This document shows positions 40,983-50,168 of a stretch of DNA of 64,000 nucleotides, in pieces. Source of the DNA: Candidatus Omnitrophota bacterium (GTDB taxonomy: Bacteria > Omnitrophota > Gorgyraeia > Gygaellales > Gygaellaceae); the NCBI GenBank assembly GCA_018400015.1, contig JAGYNB010000001.1:70815-134814 (forward strand). Direction: 5' to 3'. The notes under the pieces are model-generated. The model was not told where the DNA came from and made no database searches. It saw only the letters and a list, made by a program, of their open reading frames with translations. Positions within the stretch are counted from its first letter, which is position 1. Each line of letters begins with the position of its first letter. Made by a program: the position numbers and the translations under genes.

Positions 40983-41496
40983 TCAAGAGTTTATTATTTT
41001 AGGACTATTGAAATCCGGACCCCGTCACGGTTATGAGATTAAGAAAGAATTAAAAGATGTTGTCGGTCTTTTTGCCACGATAACCAATAAATCCATTTAT
41101 TATCCTCTTAGGCAAATGGAAAAGTCAGGTGTGGTGAAAAAAAACATATCGCGCGAAGGCGCAAGGCCCGAGAAATATACCTATACCATTACTGAACATG
41201 GCGATAAAAAGTTTAAGGAGCTTCTTTATAAGAATATTTCTCGTCTTGAGCGTCCGTTTTTCGATATTGACATGTGTCTTTATTTTCTACCTTTTTTGTC
41301 AAAGACTGAGGTTTCTAAGAGGCTAAAGGTAAGGATGAGACTCTTGGCAAAAATAGAGCATTGGCTTAAAAAACAGGCTAAGCAAAAAGAAAAATATTAT
41401 CCGCATCTTTCTGCGATAATAGAGCATAACTTAGATTTGATAATTTCAGAGACTGGCTTTACCAAGAAACTTTTAAATAGGTTAAACAAAAAATAA
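40975..41496 (+). CDS. PadR-family transcriptional regulator
   Basis: ILGLL..GPRHGYEIKK, SIYYPL, KYTYTITEHG; start overlaps the accA end. Confidence 0.92.
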   Translation: MLNQEFIILGLLKSGPRHGYEIKKELKDVVGLFATITNKSIYYPLRQMEKSGVVKKNISREGARPEKYTYTITEHGDKKFKELLYKNISRLERPFFDIDMCLYFLPFLSKTEVSKRLKVRMRLLAKIEHWLKKQAKQKEKYYPHLSAIIEHNLDLIISETGFTKKLLNRLNKK

Positions 41497-41572
41497 AAGC
41501 TAGCTAATCTTTGAGTTAAATTCTACCTAAATACCTAAAACTACAATAGTTTAGTTTCTAATTCAAAAAAAC

Positions 41573-41628
41573 TTGAAATTTAATAAAATACCTATATAAT
41601 AAAATTTAACTATAAAAATTTAACTATA
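41573..41628 (+). promoter_or_regulatory. Promoter with perfect 14-bp tandem direct repeat
   Basis: TTGAAA (41573) -16 bp- TATAAT (41595), then AAAATTTAACTATA twice (41601-41628), 9 bp before the ATG. Confidence 0.7.
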
Positions 41629-41637
41629 AAGATAATA

Positions 41638-43146
41638 ATGAATATTCCCAAAATATTACAAAACTCAGCTAATAATTATAAACATAAAACAGCAATATTC
41701 TTTAAAGGTCAGAGTATAAGCTTTGCTGATTTGGCTAGTAATGTGTTCAAGCTTACTTTTGCTTTGGCGGGTTTGGGTTTAGGCAGCAAAGATAAGGTTG
41801 CAATATATCTGCCGAATTGCCCAGAGTATATCTATACCTATCTTGCAATTTGGTCCAGTGGATCAACAGCAGTTCCGTTGGATTTTATGCTTACTGAGGA
41901 TGAGCTTGTATCCTGTATTGAACACTCCCAGGCAAAATTTTTAATAGCAAAATCTAAGGTAAAAATTAGCATTTCTAATATAAAATCTAGGTGTAGATTT
42001 TTGGAGAAAGTCATTGTTATAGACGAAGATAAAGAGTTTATTAATTTTGGATCTCTTTTAGAAAATGCCGAAGATAAATATCCTGAATGTAACTTTTCTG
42101 ACAAAGATTATTCGATAATCTTTTATACCTCCGGAACCACTGGAAAACCAAAAGGTGTTTTAATAAATTATGCGCAGATCGAAGCGCCTGCTAAAGGGAT
42201 GAAACATTTTGTGAATCTTAACGATAAAGATGTTGCCCTTTGCGCGATCCCCTTGTCTCACTTGGGGGGTTTAGTTTTCCTGCAATCTATAGTTTTTCTG
42301 GGAACAACTGTTGTGTTGATGGAGCGTTTTATGCCGGTAGAGTTTTTAAAAAACATAACAGAAAAACAAGTCACTTGTTTTTGGATTGTCCCATCAATGT
42401 ATTATGCGATTTTACAGCTCAAAGAATTCGAATGTTTTGATTTATCCAGCCTTAAGTGGGTGGTTTCATTCGGCGCACCCAGTTCTGCAGAACAGCTTAG
42501 GCGTTTTCATAAATACTGCCCGCAGGCAAAGTTTGTCAACGGCTGGGGAATGACTGAAACCAATGCCCCCAGTGTGGTAATTCCTTTGGGGAGCAAAAAG
42601 TTAGAAAGTGTTGGCCTTCCGGCTCCCTGGCTTGATCTTAAGATATTCGATAATGAAGACAATGAGGTTAAACGCGGTGAGGTTGGTGAAGTTGTGGTAA
42701 AGGGATCGGTTGTAACAGACGGTTATTATAAAGATCCGGAGTTAACCAAAGAAACTATGCGCAGCGGCTGGTTTCATACAGGAGATTTGGGCAGGCTTGA
42801 TGAAGAAGGTTACTTATATATATGCGGACGCAAAAAGGAAATGATTAAAGTTGGCGGCGAGATAGTCTTTGAGCCCGAGGTGGAGACGGCGATACATAAA
42901 CATCCTTCAATTGTCGAAGTTGCGGTTATTGGCGCAAAAGACAAATTAAGAGGAGAAGTTCCCAAGGCGCTTATTGTTTTAAAAGACAATACAAAATTAA
43001 CCGAAGATGAAGTCAGACTGTTTCTAAAAAAGCACCTGGCACATTTTAAGATTCCTCATTACTTTGAATTTGTAGATTCGCTTCCCAAGACCCGTTCAGG
43101 AAAGGTCGATAAGAAACTATTAAGAGAAAAGAACAGGAAAAGCTAA
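41638..43146 (+). CDS. AMP-forming acyl-CoA ligase (long-chain fatty acid-CoA ligase-like)
   Basis: YTSGTTGKPKG, GWGMTE, FHTGDLG, RKKEMIKVGG, LPKTRSGKVDK. Confidence 0.92.
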   Translation: MNIPKILQNSANNYKHKTAIFFKGQSISFADLASNVFKLTFALAGLGLGSKDKVAIYLPNCPEYIYTYLAIWSSGSTAVPLDFMLTEDELVSCIEHSQAKFLIAKSKVKISISNIKSRCRFLEKVIVIDEDKEFINFGSLLENAEDKYPECNFSDKDYSIIFYTSGTTGKPKGVLINYAQIEAPAKGMKHFVNLNDKDVALCAIPLSHLGGLVFLQSIVFLGTTVVLMERFMPVEFLKNITEKQVTCFWIVPSMYYAILQLKEFECFDLSSLKWVVSFGAPSSAEQLRRFHKYCPQAKFVNGWGMTETNAPSVVIPLGSKKLESVGLPAPWLDLKIFDNEDNEVKRGEVGEVVVKGSVVTDGYYKDPELTKETMRSGWFHTGDLGRLDEEGYLYICGRKKEMIKVGGEIVFEPEVETAIHKHPSIVEVAVIGAKDKLRGEVPKALIVLKDNTKLTEDEVRLFLKKHLAHFKIPHYFEFVDSLPKTRSGKVDKKLLREKNRKS

Positions 43147-43148
43147 TT

Positions 43149-43895
43149 ATGATGGAAAGAAAAATTCATATAAGTTCTAAGGATTTATTGAATCAAATTC
43201 AGTTTAAATCAAAAGAGATGTCTGATATTGCCTTAGTCAGCGGTCAGGTCCACAGGGTTAAATTCTGTCTGGAGCTTTTAACTGAAGTAAAGGAGAACTT
43301 CAGCACCATGGGGTATACCTTTTGGACAGGTAAATATAAAGGTAAAAGCATAACAGTGGGCAATGCCGGGCTCTATGCGCCGGATACTGTACTAGTGACC
43401 GAGTTATTGGTTGAGACTGGAATAAATTCTTTTATCCGTATCGGCAGTTGCGGCGCGTTGACTGAAAATATACAGTTGTCTGATCTCGTTATTGCTGATA
43501 GAGCATTAAGGGGCGATGGAGTTACTAAATACTACGTTAAAGATGATTTTATTCCAGCATCTTGCGAACAGTTAAACGATGTATTAGCTAAAGATATTGC
43601 TGTTAAAGGAAAAAAAGTACATAAAGGCACGGTTTGGACTACGGATGCATTGTTAAAAGAGACTCCTGAATTCGTTAATCCGGCAATTAAACAAGGTGCG
43701 ATTGCTGTGGATATGGTTACAAGCGCATTTTTAACAATGTGTTCACTGCATAAGAAAACTTCAGCTGCGGTAATGGTGGTAAGCGATAATCTCATCACCG
43801 GTGAAGTTGATTTTACTTCAGGCAAGGTTATGGAATCGGAAAAAGTAATGTTAATCTCCAGCCTGGATGCAGCAGTTAATTTTAAGAAAAGATAA
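43149..43895 (+). CDS. Nucleoside phosphorylase, NP-I (DeoD/Udp-like), divergent
   Basis: WTGKYKGKSITV, FIRIGSCGA, A.RGDG.T..Y, VWTTDA, VDMV, VSDN. Confidence 0.85.
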   Translation: MMERKIHISSKDLLNQIQFKSKEMSDIALVSGQVHRVKFCLELLTEVKENFSTMGYTFWTGKYKGKSITVGNAGLYAPDTVLVTELLVETGINSFIRIGSCGALTENIQLSDLVIADRALRGDGVTKYYVKDDFIPASCEQLNDVLAKDIAVKGKKVHKGTVWTTDALLKETPEFVNPAIKQGAIAVDMVTSAFLTMCSLHKKTSAAVMVVSDNLITGEVDFTSGKVMESEKVMLISSLDAAVNFKKR

Positions 43896-44804
43896 ATGTC
43901 TGAGTCAATACTTGCATTGCCGGTCATATTTAAAAATGATTATATAGAAGTTTTGGACGAGACGCTTCTTCCTTTTGAACAAAAATACATTACGGTGCAT
44001 ACGCTTGAAGAAGCCTTGTCTGTATTGGGTTCTATGAAAACAAGGGCTATGGGCCAAGTATTATTGTTTTTTTACTCCTGCATGCTTTTTGAAAAGGATA
44101 ATTCTATTGAGCAAATCGCCGCTAAGTTTAAACAGACGCGGCCCACATTTGATTTTGAGCTTTTGTCAGGTTTGCTTAAAAAAGCATTAGATAAACAAAA
44201 AGATATAAAAACCGCAGTGGAAAGTTTTATTGACAATTTTCAGCAAGCAAGACATAAAAGAGCAAAGCTATTGGCTTCTATCTTGCCACTAGATGCGCGT
44301 GTTCTTACAATCTGCAATGTTAATGCCGAGCTTGTCTATCTTACAGAAGAGATGAAAAAATTGAATAAGAAAATATTTTTTTATGTCTGTGAGACAAGGC
44401 CTTATTTACAAGGGACACGTCTTACGTTCTGGGAATTAAGAAGGCAGGATATCCCTTGTAGGGTTATTTGTATTAGTCAGTCCGCAACTCTTATGCAAGA
44501 TGGGTTAGTTAATGCAGTCGTTACCGGGGCAGACCGTTCTAGCACACGGGGCGGGGTTATAAATAAAATCGGCACCTATAGTCTGGCAGTATTGGCTAAA
44601 AAATTTAATATCCCGTTTTATCCTTTAACACAGTATGCAAAGGATATTGATATAGATGAAGTAAAAATTGAACAGAGAAACAAGAATGAAGTGTTTATGT
44701 TTTTAAATAGTGATTATCCACAAGTGGATGCGGTTTATCCCGCGTTTGATGTTGTAAAAAAAGAGCTAGTCACAAAGAATATAGACCTGGATAAATTAAA
44801 ATAA
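43896..44804 (+). CDS. MtnA/eIF2B-family ribose-1-phosphate isomerase (methylthioribose-1-P isomerase-like)
   Basis: LDETLLPF, TRPT, LTICN, ETRPYLQGTRLT, GADR, NKIGTY, IEQR, YPAFDV. Confidence 0.88.
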   Translation: MSESILALPVIFKNDYIEVLDETLLPFEQKYITVHTLEEALSVLGSMKTRAMGQVLLFFYSCMLFEKDNSIEQIAAKFKQTRPTFDFELLSGLLKKALDKQKDIKTAVESFIDNFQQARHKRAKLLASILPLDARVLTICNVNAELVYLTEEMKKLNKKIFFYVCETRPYLQGTRLTFWELRRQDIPCRVICISQSATLMQDGLVNAVVTGADRSSTRGGVINKIGTYSLAVLAKKFNIPFYPLTQYAKDIDIDEVKIEQRNKNEVFMFLNSDYPQVDAVYPAFDVVKKELVTKNIDLDKLK

Positions 44805-44821
44805 CTTTAAGGAGGAAAAAG

Positions 44822-46282
44822 ATGAAATTGTTATTTTTAAATCCGCCAATCGGTTCATGGGTTTACTGGGGCAAACATAGAGCAATTAATGTTGCGCATG
44901 TGCAGCTTACTGCCTGTATCAGGGAGTGGGTAAAGGGCGTAGGAATTTCCGTGATGGACTGCCGCGCATCGGAGTTAAACGATGAGCAGATGATAGAAAA
45001 AATCAAACAGATTTCACCTGATGTAATATACATGGGCGATGCCTACCAGATGACCGGAACGGTTGCGATACTGCCTCTTTATCAAAAGGCAGCAAAGTTA
45101 ATAAAAAAGAGTTTTCCTAATGTAAAAATCTGCGTGGGCGGTTTTTATATTGCGGCAAATTACGAACAGATTTCAAAAGAAAGCCCTGATTTTGATTTTA
45201 TCATTTCCGGTGAAGTTGATTTGACTTTGACTGAACTTATCCGGGTTTTAAAGGATAAGAAAACAGATTTTTCTTCAATCAAGGGCCTGCTTTATAGAGA
45301 AAACGGCGCTTTTAAAACCAACGAGTACAGAGAGCTTATAAAGGATTTAGATACTTTGCCTATGCCGGCGTATGATTTATTTCCCATGGATAAATATATC
45401 GGTTATGGTTCAATGCCTTTTTATCAGGAGATTTTTACTGCCCGCGGATGTCCATTTGGCTGCGGTATGTGTATAGATTGGGTTATTGTTGATCCAAGAG
45501 GTAACCGTGACTGGCAGCAGCATAGGTTTAAGTCTGCGGCTAGAGTGGTTGATGAGATGGAGCTATTATTGACCAAATACGGTAAAAAGTATATCCATAT
45601 ATTCGATTTGAATTTTAATCCTGTCAGACGCCGTGTAGAAGAATTCCTAAAAGAAATGCAGAAAAGAAAACTTCCTATAAAATACGCATTTTTAGGCAAT
45701 GCCCATTCGTTTGTAAGAGATAAGGATCTTTTAAAAGACTTACGCGATACAGGTTTTGTCTGCGGCATATTCGGTCTTGAGGTTGAAGATGCTGAGACCT
45801 TGCAGAAGATCAAAAAAGGTATAACTGTTCAAAACGTACACGAGGTTACCCAGATGTTCAGGGAATTAGGGATTATGTCTACAATCACCTGGATGATTGG
45901 TTTTCCTGACGATGATGAAGCAAAAATTAGAAGGCGCTTTTCAGTTTTAGATGAGATTGATCCTGATGTGTCATCACTTCAGATGATGTTGCCTGTTCCG
46001 GGAATACCTTTGTATGATGAGTTTTCTCCTTATGTGGAAGAGCATGATCTGATGAAGTGGGATTTTCATCATCCGATAGTAAGGACAAAACATCTTACGC
46101 GCCAGCAGCTGGGTGAGTTGGCAGAGTGGGCAAACAGAGAGTTTTATACCAAGAAAAACCGTATTCAGCGGATTTTAGAAAGTACCACTTTGCATGAATA
46201 CCCAAAGAACATTTTCAAAAGCTACATGTTCAATCTGGAGAAATTCGCTAATGCAGCGACAAAAGAAGAGATTATTCTTTGA
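44822..46282 (+). CDS. Cobalamin-binding radical SAM enzyme
   Basis: N-terminal B12-binding Rossmann fold (LLFLNPP, VGG, ISGE), LDTLPMPAYDL, RGCPFGCGMC, FGLE, MIGFP, PVPGIPLY. Confidence 0.93.
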   Translation: MKLLFLNPPIGSWVYWGKHRAINVAHVQLTACIREWVKGVGISVMDCRASELNDEQMIEKIKQISPDVIYMGDAYQMTGTVAILPLYQKAAKLIKKSFPNVKICVGGFYIAANYEQISKESPDFDFIISGEVDLTLTELIRVLKDKKTDFSSIKGLLYRENGAFKTNEYRELIKDLDTLPMPAYDLFPMDKYIGYGSMPFYQEIFTARGCPFGCGMCIDWVIVDPRGNRDWQQHRFKSAARVVDEMELLLTKYGKKYIHIFDLNFNPVRRRVEEFLKEMQKRKLPIKYAFLGNAHSFVRDKDLLKDLRDTGFVCGIFGLEVEDAETLQKIKKGITVQNVHEVTQMFRELGIMSTITWMIGFPDDDEAKIRRRFSVLDEIDPDVSSLQMMLPVPGIPLYDEFSPYVEEHDLMKWDFHHPIVRTKHLTRQQLGELAEWANREFYTKKNRIQRILESTTLHEYPKNIFKSYMFNLEKFANAATKEEIIL

Positions 46283-46303
46283 GCTTTAACAAAAATAATT
46301 GAT

Positions 46304-46783
46304 TTGAATCTAGAAAATCTGAATAAGTCAATACTGGTATGGGGTGCTTTATCTGAGGAGGCCACTGCTTACTTAAAAAGTAAACAAAAAAGCGTTATCG
46401 TCAGTGAAAACAGGCCTTTTCTAATAGGTATAAAGCACAATAAGGATAAGTTAATCCAGGCAAAGATTGATTTTGTGTATTGTACGGACAACATGCTCGG
46501 ATTTTTGTTTTATAAAAAAAGAATAGAAGAGGTAGTGCTTTGTTATAAGAAAAAAGATGATATGGGAATTGTCGCTATCACGGGAACTCTTTTTGCAGTA
46601 ACGCTGGCAAGATTGCACAACATAAAAGTAAGAGTTTTTTCTGAAGGAGATCTGGATTATTCTAGGCTGGATAAGGATAGCATTACTTTAGACGGCAAAA
46701 CTTTGGCAATTGATGAGGATAAGGAATTTTTTGAACCAGTAAAAGATGAATTCATAGAAAAGGATATGTATGAATACAGATGA
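46304..46783 (+). CDS. Truncated MtnA/eIF2B-like C-terminal domain protein
   Basis: SENRPFLIG, CTDNMLGFLF, GTLFAVTLARLHNIKV align with the MtnA motifs ETRP.LQG, I.D.....LM, GTY.LA.LAK.H.IP. Confidence 0.65.
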   Translation: MNLENLNKSILVWGALSEEATAYLKSKQKSVIVSENRPFLIGIKHNKDKLIQAKIDFVYCTDNMLGFLFYKKRIEEVVLCYKKKDDMGIVAITGTLFAVTLARLHNIKVRVFSEGDLDYSRLDKDSITLDGKTLAIDEDKEFFEPVKDEFIEKDMYEYR

Positions 46784-47759
46784 TTTAAAAAAACAGATAA
46801 TCTATTGGGCAAGGCTTCTTAATCAAAGGGGTTTGGTTACGGCAAGAAGCGGGAATATTTCCTGCAGGGCGGACGATAAAATTCTTATGACCAGCCATGA
46901 TTCTTATCTTGGGCAGTTAGCCGAAGATGAAATCGTTCTGGTGGGCTCTGATGGAGACGTATTAGAAGGCGCAAAACAGCCTACCAGTGAAAAACCGCTG
47001 CATCTGGGGATATTAGGGCATATCGACCAGGCTCAAGTTGTGATCCATTCGCACAGTCCTTTTACAACCGCATTCTTCCATCATTTTAAGCAACTGGATA
47101 TCTTTTCTTTTGAGGCAAAGTTTTATTTAGGAGATGTAAAAGTCGTTGCCCAAACTGGCCCTACGGTAACAGATGTAGATCCGGTAATAGAAGAATTGAT
47201 GGATAATAATATTGTTGTTTTGGGCGATCACGGTGTGGTGGCGATCGGCCGAGATTTTAAAAGTGCGTTTAGCCTGATTGAACTATTGGAGGAACAATGT
47301 AAGGTTAACCTTATCTTATCAGGTAAGCAGGAACAATCTTTTAATATTGAAGAGGCCAAAGAAGAGATACTGCCGGAACCGCAAACTTATGAGTTGCTTT
47401 CCGAAGGCCATATTAAAAAACTAACTGAAGTCATAAACAGCGACACAGAAGCCCAGGAATTGGGTAAAAAATATGATCTAACCTGTTCATTGTGCGTTAA
47501 GGATAAAGATAGCGAAAAGTCAGCCTGTTTTTATTATCAGCAGGGAAGGATTACGCACACCGACAATAATCAAGTTGCAGAATTTTCGATTACAGGCTCA
47601 AGAGACGTATTAAAAAGGATCTTTAACTGCAAGATCGATCCTTTTGTCGCTATTACTCAAGGTAAAGTAAAAACCAAAGGCGATATTAATAAAATCAGCA
47701 AGTGGTATCCTGCGCTGGTGAGAACGTTCAAGCTTTGGGATCAGGCAAAAGTAGCCTAA
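46770..47759 (+). CDS. Class II aldolase/adducin domain fused to an SCP2 sterol/lipid-binding domain
   Basis: SGNISCR, PTSE..LH, IHSHSP, DHGVV; C-terminal AEFSITG...IDPFVAITQGKVKTKGD. Confidence 0.85.
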   Translation: MNTDDLKKQIIYWARLLNQRGLVTARSGNISCRADDKILMTSHDSYLGQLAEDEIVLVGSDGDVLEGAKQPTSEKPLHLGILGHIDQAQVVIHSHSPFTTAFFHHFKQLDIFSFEAKFYLGDVKVVAQTGPTVTDVDPVIEELMDNNIVVLGDHGVVAIGRDFKSAFSLIELLEEQCKVNLILSGKQEQSFNIEEAKEEILPEPQTYELLSEGHIKKLTEVINSDTEAQELGKKYDLTCSLCVKDKDSEKSACFYYQQGRITHTDNNQVAEFSITGSRDVLKRIFNCKIDPFVAITQGKVKTKGDINKISKWYPALVRTFKLWDQAKVA

Positions 47760-47797
47760 CGCTTTGAATTTTATATACAGATAGTTTTATAAAAATA

Positions 47798-50149
47798 ATG
47801 AAAAATCTTTCCATAAAGTTCGCCAAGTTTGTAATTAAATTTAGGGTTCTTTTTTTGATTGTTTTTACACTTATTTCAATATTTTTCTTTCAAGTTGTAA
47901 AAGATATTACCTTCCAGACCAATATTGATGATTTTTATCCGCAGAAGCATCCATTTGTTACAGTACAGAATAAGCTTACCCGAATTTTCGGAGGCCTGAA
48001 TCAGGTTTCCATTGCCATAAGCGTAAAAGAAGGCGATATTCTAAATAAAGACACGCTTGATAAGGTAATCCGGATTACCAATGAGCTTTATCTTATGGAC
48101 GGGATAAACCCCGGGCGTATAACTTCTTTATCCGCGCGCAAGATAAAATATATACAGGCATCAGAAGACGGATTTTCCATTGACCGTGTTTTAAGAGAAG
48201 TTCCCGCTGATGAGCTTCAGATGCTCGCTTTAAGAGATAGGATCGTTTTAAGCCCCAATGTGTATATCCGTATGGTTTCGCGGGATTTTAAAAGCACGCT
48301 TATTCAGGCTGATTTTCAAAAAGGCGTGTCTTCTAAATATATATTCGATAAGTTGCGCGAGATAAAACAAAATAAAGAAGATGGCAATACGCAGATTTTT
48401 TTAGCAGGCAGGCCTATATTGGAAGGATGGCTTAATACGTATCTTCCTAAGATGTTAAAAATACTTCTTCTTACACTTCTGGTGGTTTCGGTGGTTTTAT
48501 TTTTGACATTCCGTTCTAAAAGAGGAGTTTTTCTGCCTTTACTTGATTCTTCCATGGCTACCTTATGGGGTCTGGGGATGATGAAGCTTTTTGGCTTCAG
48601 GCTTGACCCGACGACGATTCTGGTCCCTTTTTTAATACTTGCTTTAGGTATCAGCCATTCGATTCATTTTATGAAGCATTATTATGAGGAGATGAAGCAG
48701 GAGAATAGAAAATCCAAGCACGCAGTAAGAAGAACATTGGAAGTTCTGTTTGTTCCTGCGGTCACAGCTGTAATAACCGATGGGTTTGGTTTTTTAAGCC
48801 TTGCCTTTATTCCTTTAGACACCATACGCAGCATGGCTTTAGCTGCGGGTTTTGGAATATTCAGCAATTTTTTGACTTCGTTTATTTTTACGCCCTGTCT
48901 GATCTCTTACATGAAACACCCTAAAATATTAGAGGTTGCCCGCGAAGAGGAGCATCTTTTAATTGATAAGATGCTGGGTCGATTGGCGAGTATATTAACC
49001 AATAAAAAAACACGTAGGGTCTTAAGTTTGGTTTTTATTGCAATTGTGGCGGTATCTTTAGTGGGGATAAATAAAATTGTCGTAGGGGATAATTCTTTTG
49101 GCTCAAGTCACCTTTACCCAAATAGCCCTTATAATAAAAGCGAAAGGTTTATTAATGATAATTTCGGCGGCACTAATTCGTATTATATTTTAGTTGACGG
49201 TCAAACTCAAGACAGCCTTATCGATTTGGATTCTTTGAAGAAAATTGATTCTTTAGAGCATTATATTCTTGATAATGTCAAAGAAGCCGGATATGCAGTA
49301 TCGGTTTCTGATTATATAAAGGGATTGAACTTTGCAATGTTCTCAGGCGACAGAAAGTATTATGCGTTGCCCGAGATGAGCCAAACCGTAGCTGAATATT
49401 TATTTCTTTATGATATTTCAACATACCCGGGAGATTTTGAACCTGTAATCACATCAGATTATTCCAAGGCAAATATAAAATTTGATTTAAAAGACCATAA
49501 GCCGGCGACAATAAATAACGTAATCGCCAAGACCAAAGAATGGGTTGACGAGAATATGACTGAATCCGATACATTGAAATTTGAATACGCTGCCGGTGAA
49601 ATCGGCATGCTCGCTGCAATAAACGATATTATCGCTAAAAGTATAATTCCAAGTGTAATCTTTATATCGATTCTTATTTTCGTATATTTATCTTATATAT
49701 TCGGTTCAATCAGCGCAGGGTTGTTACTATTAGTGCCGTTAATATTCAGTATCCTTGTTGTGTTTGGGCTTTTTGGTTTAACCGGAATGAGTTTAACTAC
49801 TGAAACATTGCCTCTTGCCGCATTAAGTGAGGGTCTTGGCATAAACTACGGCATATATGTTATTACGCGTCTCTTTCAGGAAGTAAGGCGCAGGAAACAC
49901 CCCAGTTATGAGGATGCTCTTAAAGCAACTTTGGTGACTTCGGGAAAAGCAGTATTTTTCAGCGGCATGATAGTTTCTCTTGGCATTTTTGTCTGGCTAT
50001 TTTCCGATATTCGCCTTCAGGCAAGACTGGGCGTGACTTTAGGAGCCACTTTAATTATAAATATGCTGGCTGCACTTGTGATAATACCACTTTTAATATT
50101 ACTGGTGAAGCCGAAGTTTATTTTTGATATAGAAAAGTTTAAGTATTAA
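47798..50149 (+). CDS. MMPL/RND-family lipid transporter
   Basis: Two repeats of TM + periplasmic domain + 5 TM; FGG, LAG.P, TDGFGF.SL, GLGINYGIY, SGKAVFFSG. Confidence 0.9.
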   Translation: MKNLSIKFAKFVIKFRVLFLIVFTLISIFFFQVVKDITFQTNIDDFYPQKHPFVTVQNKLTRIFGGLNQVSIAISVKEGDILNKDTLDKVIRITNELYLMDGINPGRITSLSARKIKYIQASEDGFSIDRVLREVPADELQMLALRDRIVLSPNVYIRMVSRDFKSTLIQADFQKGVSSKYIFDKLREIKQNKEDGNTQIFLAGRPILEGWLNTYLPKMLKILLLTLLVVSVVLFLTFRSKRGVFLPLLDSSMATLWGLGMMKLFGFRLDPTTILVPFLILALGISHSIHFMKHYYEEMKQENRKSKHAVRRTLEVLFVPAVTAVITDGFGFLSLAFIPLDTIRSMALAAGFGIFSNFLTSFIFTPCLISYMKHPKILEVAREEEHLLIDKMLGRLASILTNKKTRRVLSLVFIAIVAVSLVGINKIVVGDNSFGSSHLYPNSPYNKSERFINDNFGGTNSYYILVDGQTQDSLIDLDSLKKIDSLEHYILDNVKEAGYAVSVSDYIKGLNFAMFSGDRKYYALPEMSQTVAEYLFLYDISTYPGDFEPVITSDYSKANIKFDLKDHKPATINNVIAKTKEWVDENMTESDTLKFEYAAGEIGMLAAINDIIAKSIIPSVIFISILIFVYLSYIFGSISAGLLLLVPLIFSILVVFGLFGLTGMSLTTETLPLAALSEGLGINYGIYVITRLFQEVRRRKHPSYEDALKATLVTSGKAVFFSGMIVSLGIFVWLFSDIRLQARLGVTLGATLIINMLAALVIIPLLILLVKPKFIFDIEKFKY

Positions 50150-50168
50150 AAACAAGGAGGGAAAAGTT

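Noticed and set aside
43149-47759. Canonical methionine salvage operon (mtnP-mtnA-mtnB)
   Set aside because: No mtnC/mtnD/mtnW/mtnX/mtnK nearby. The phosphorylase is DeoD-type rather than MtnP-type, the aldolase carries an SCP2 domain, and the context is lipid handling. Simple by-product salvage is kept only as an alternative hypothesis.
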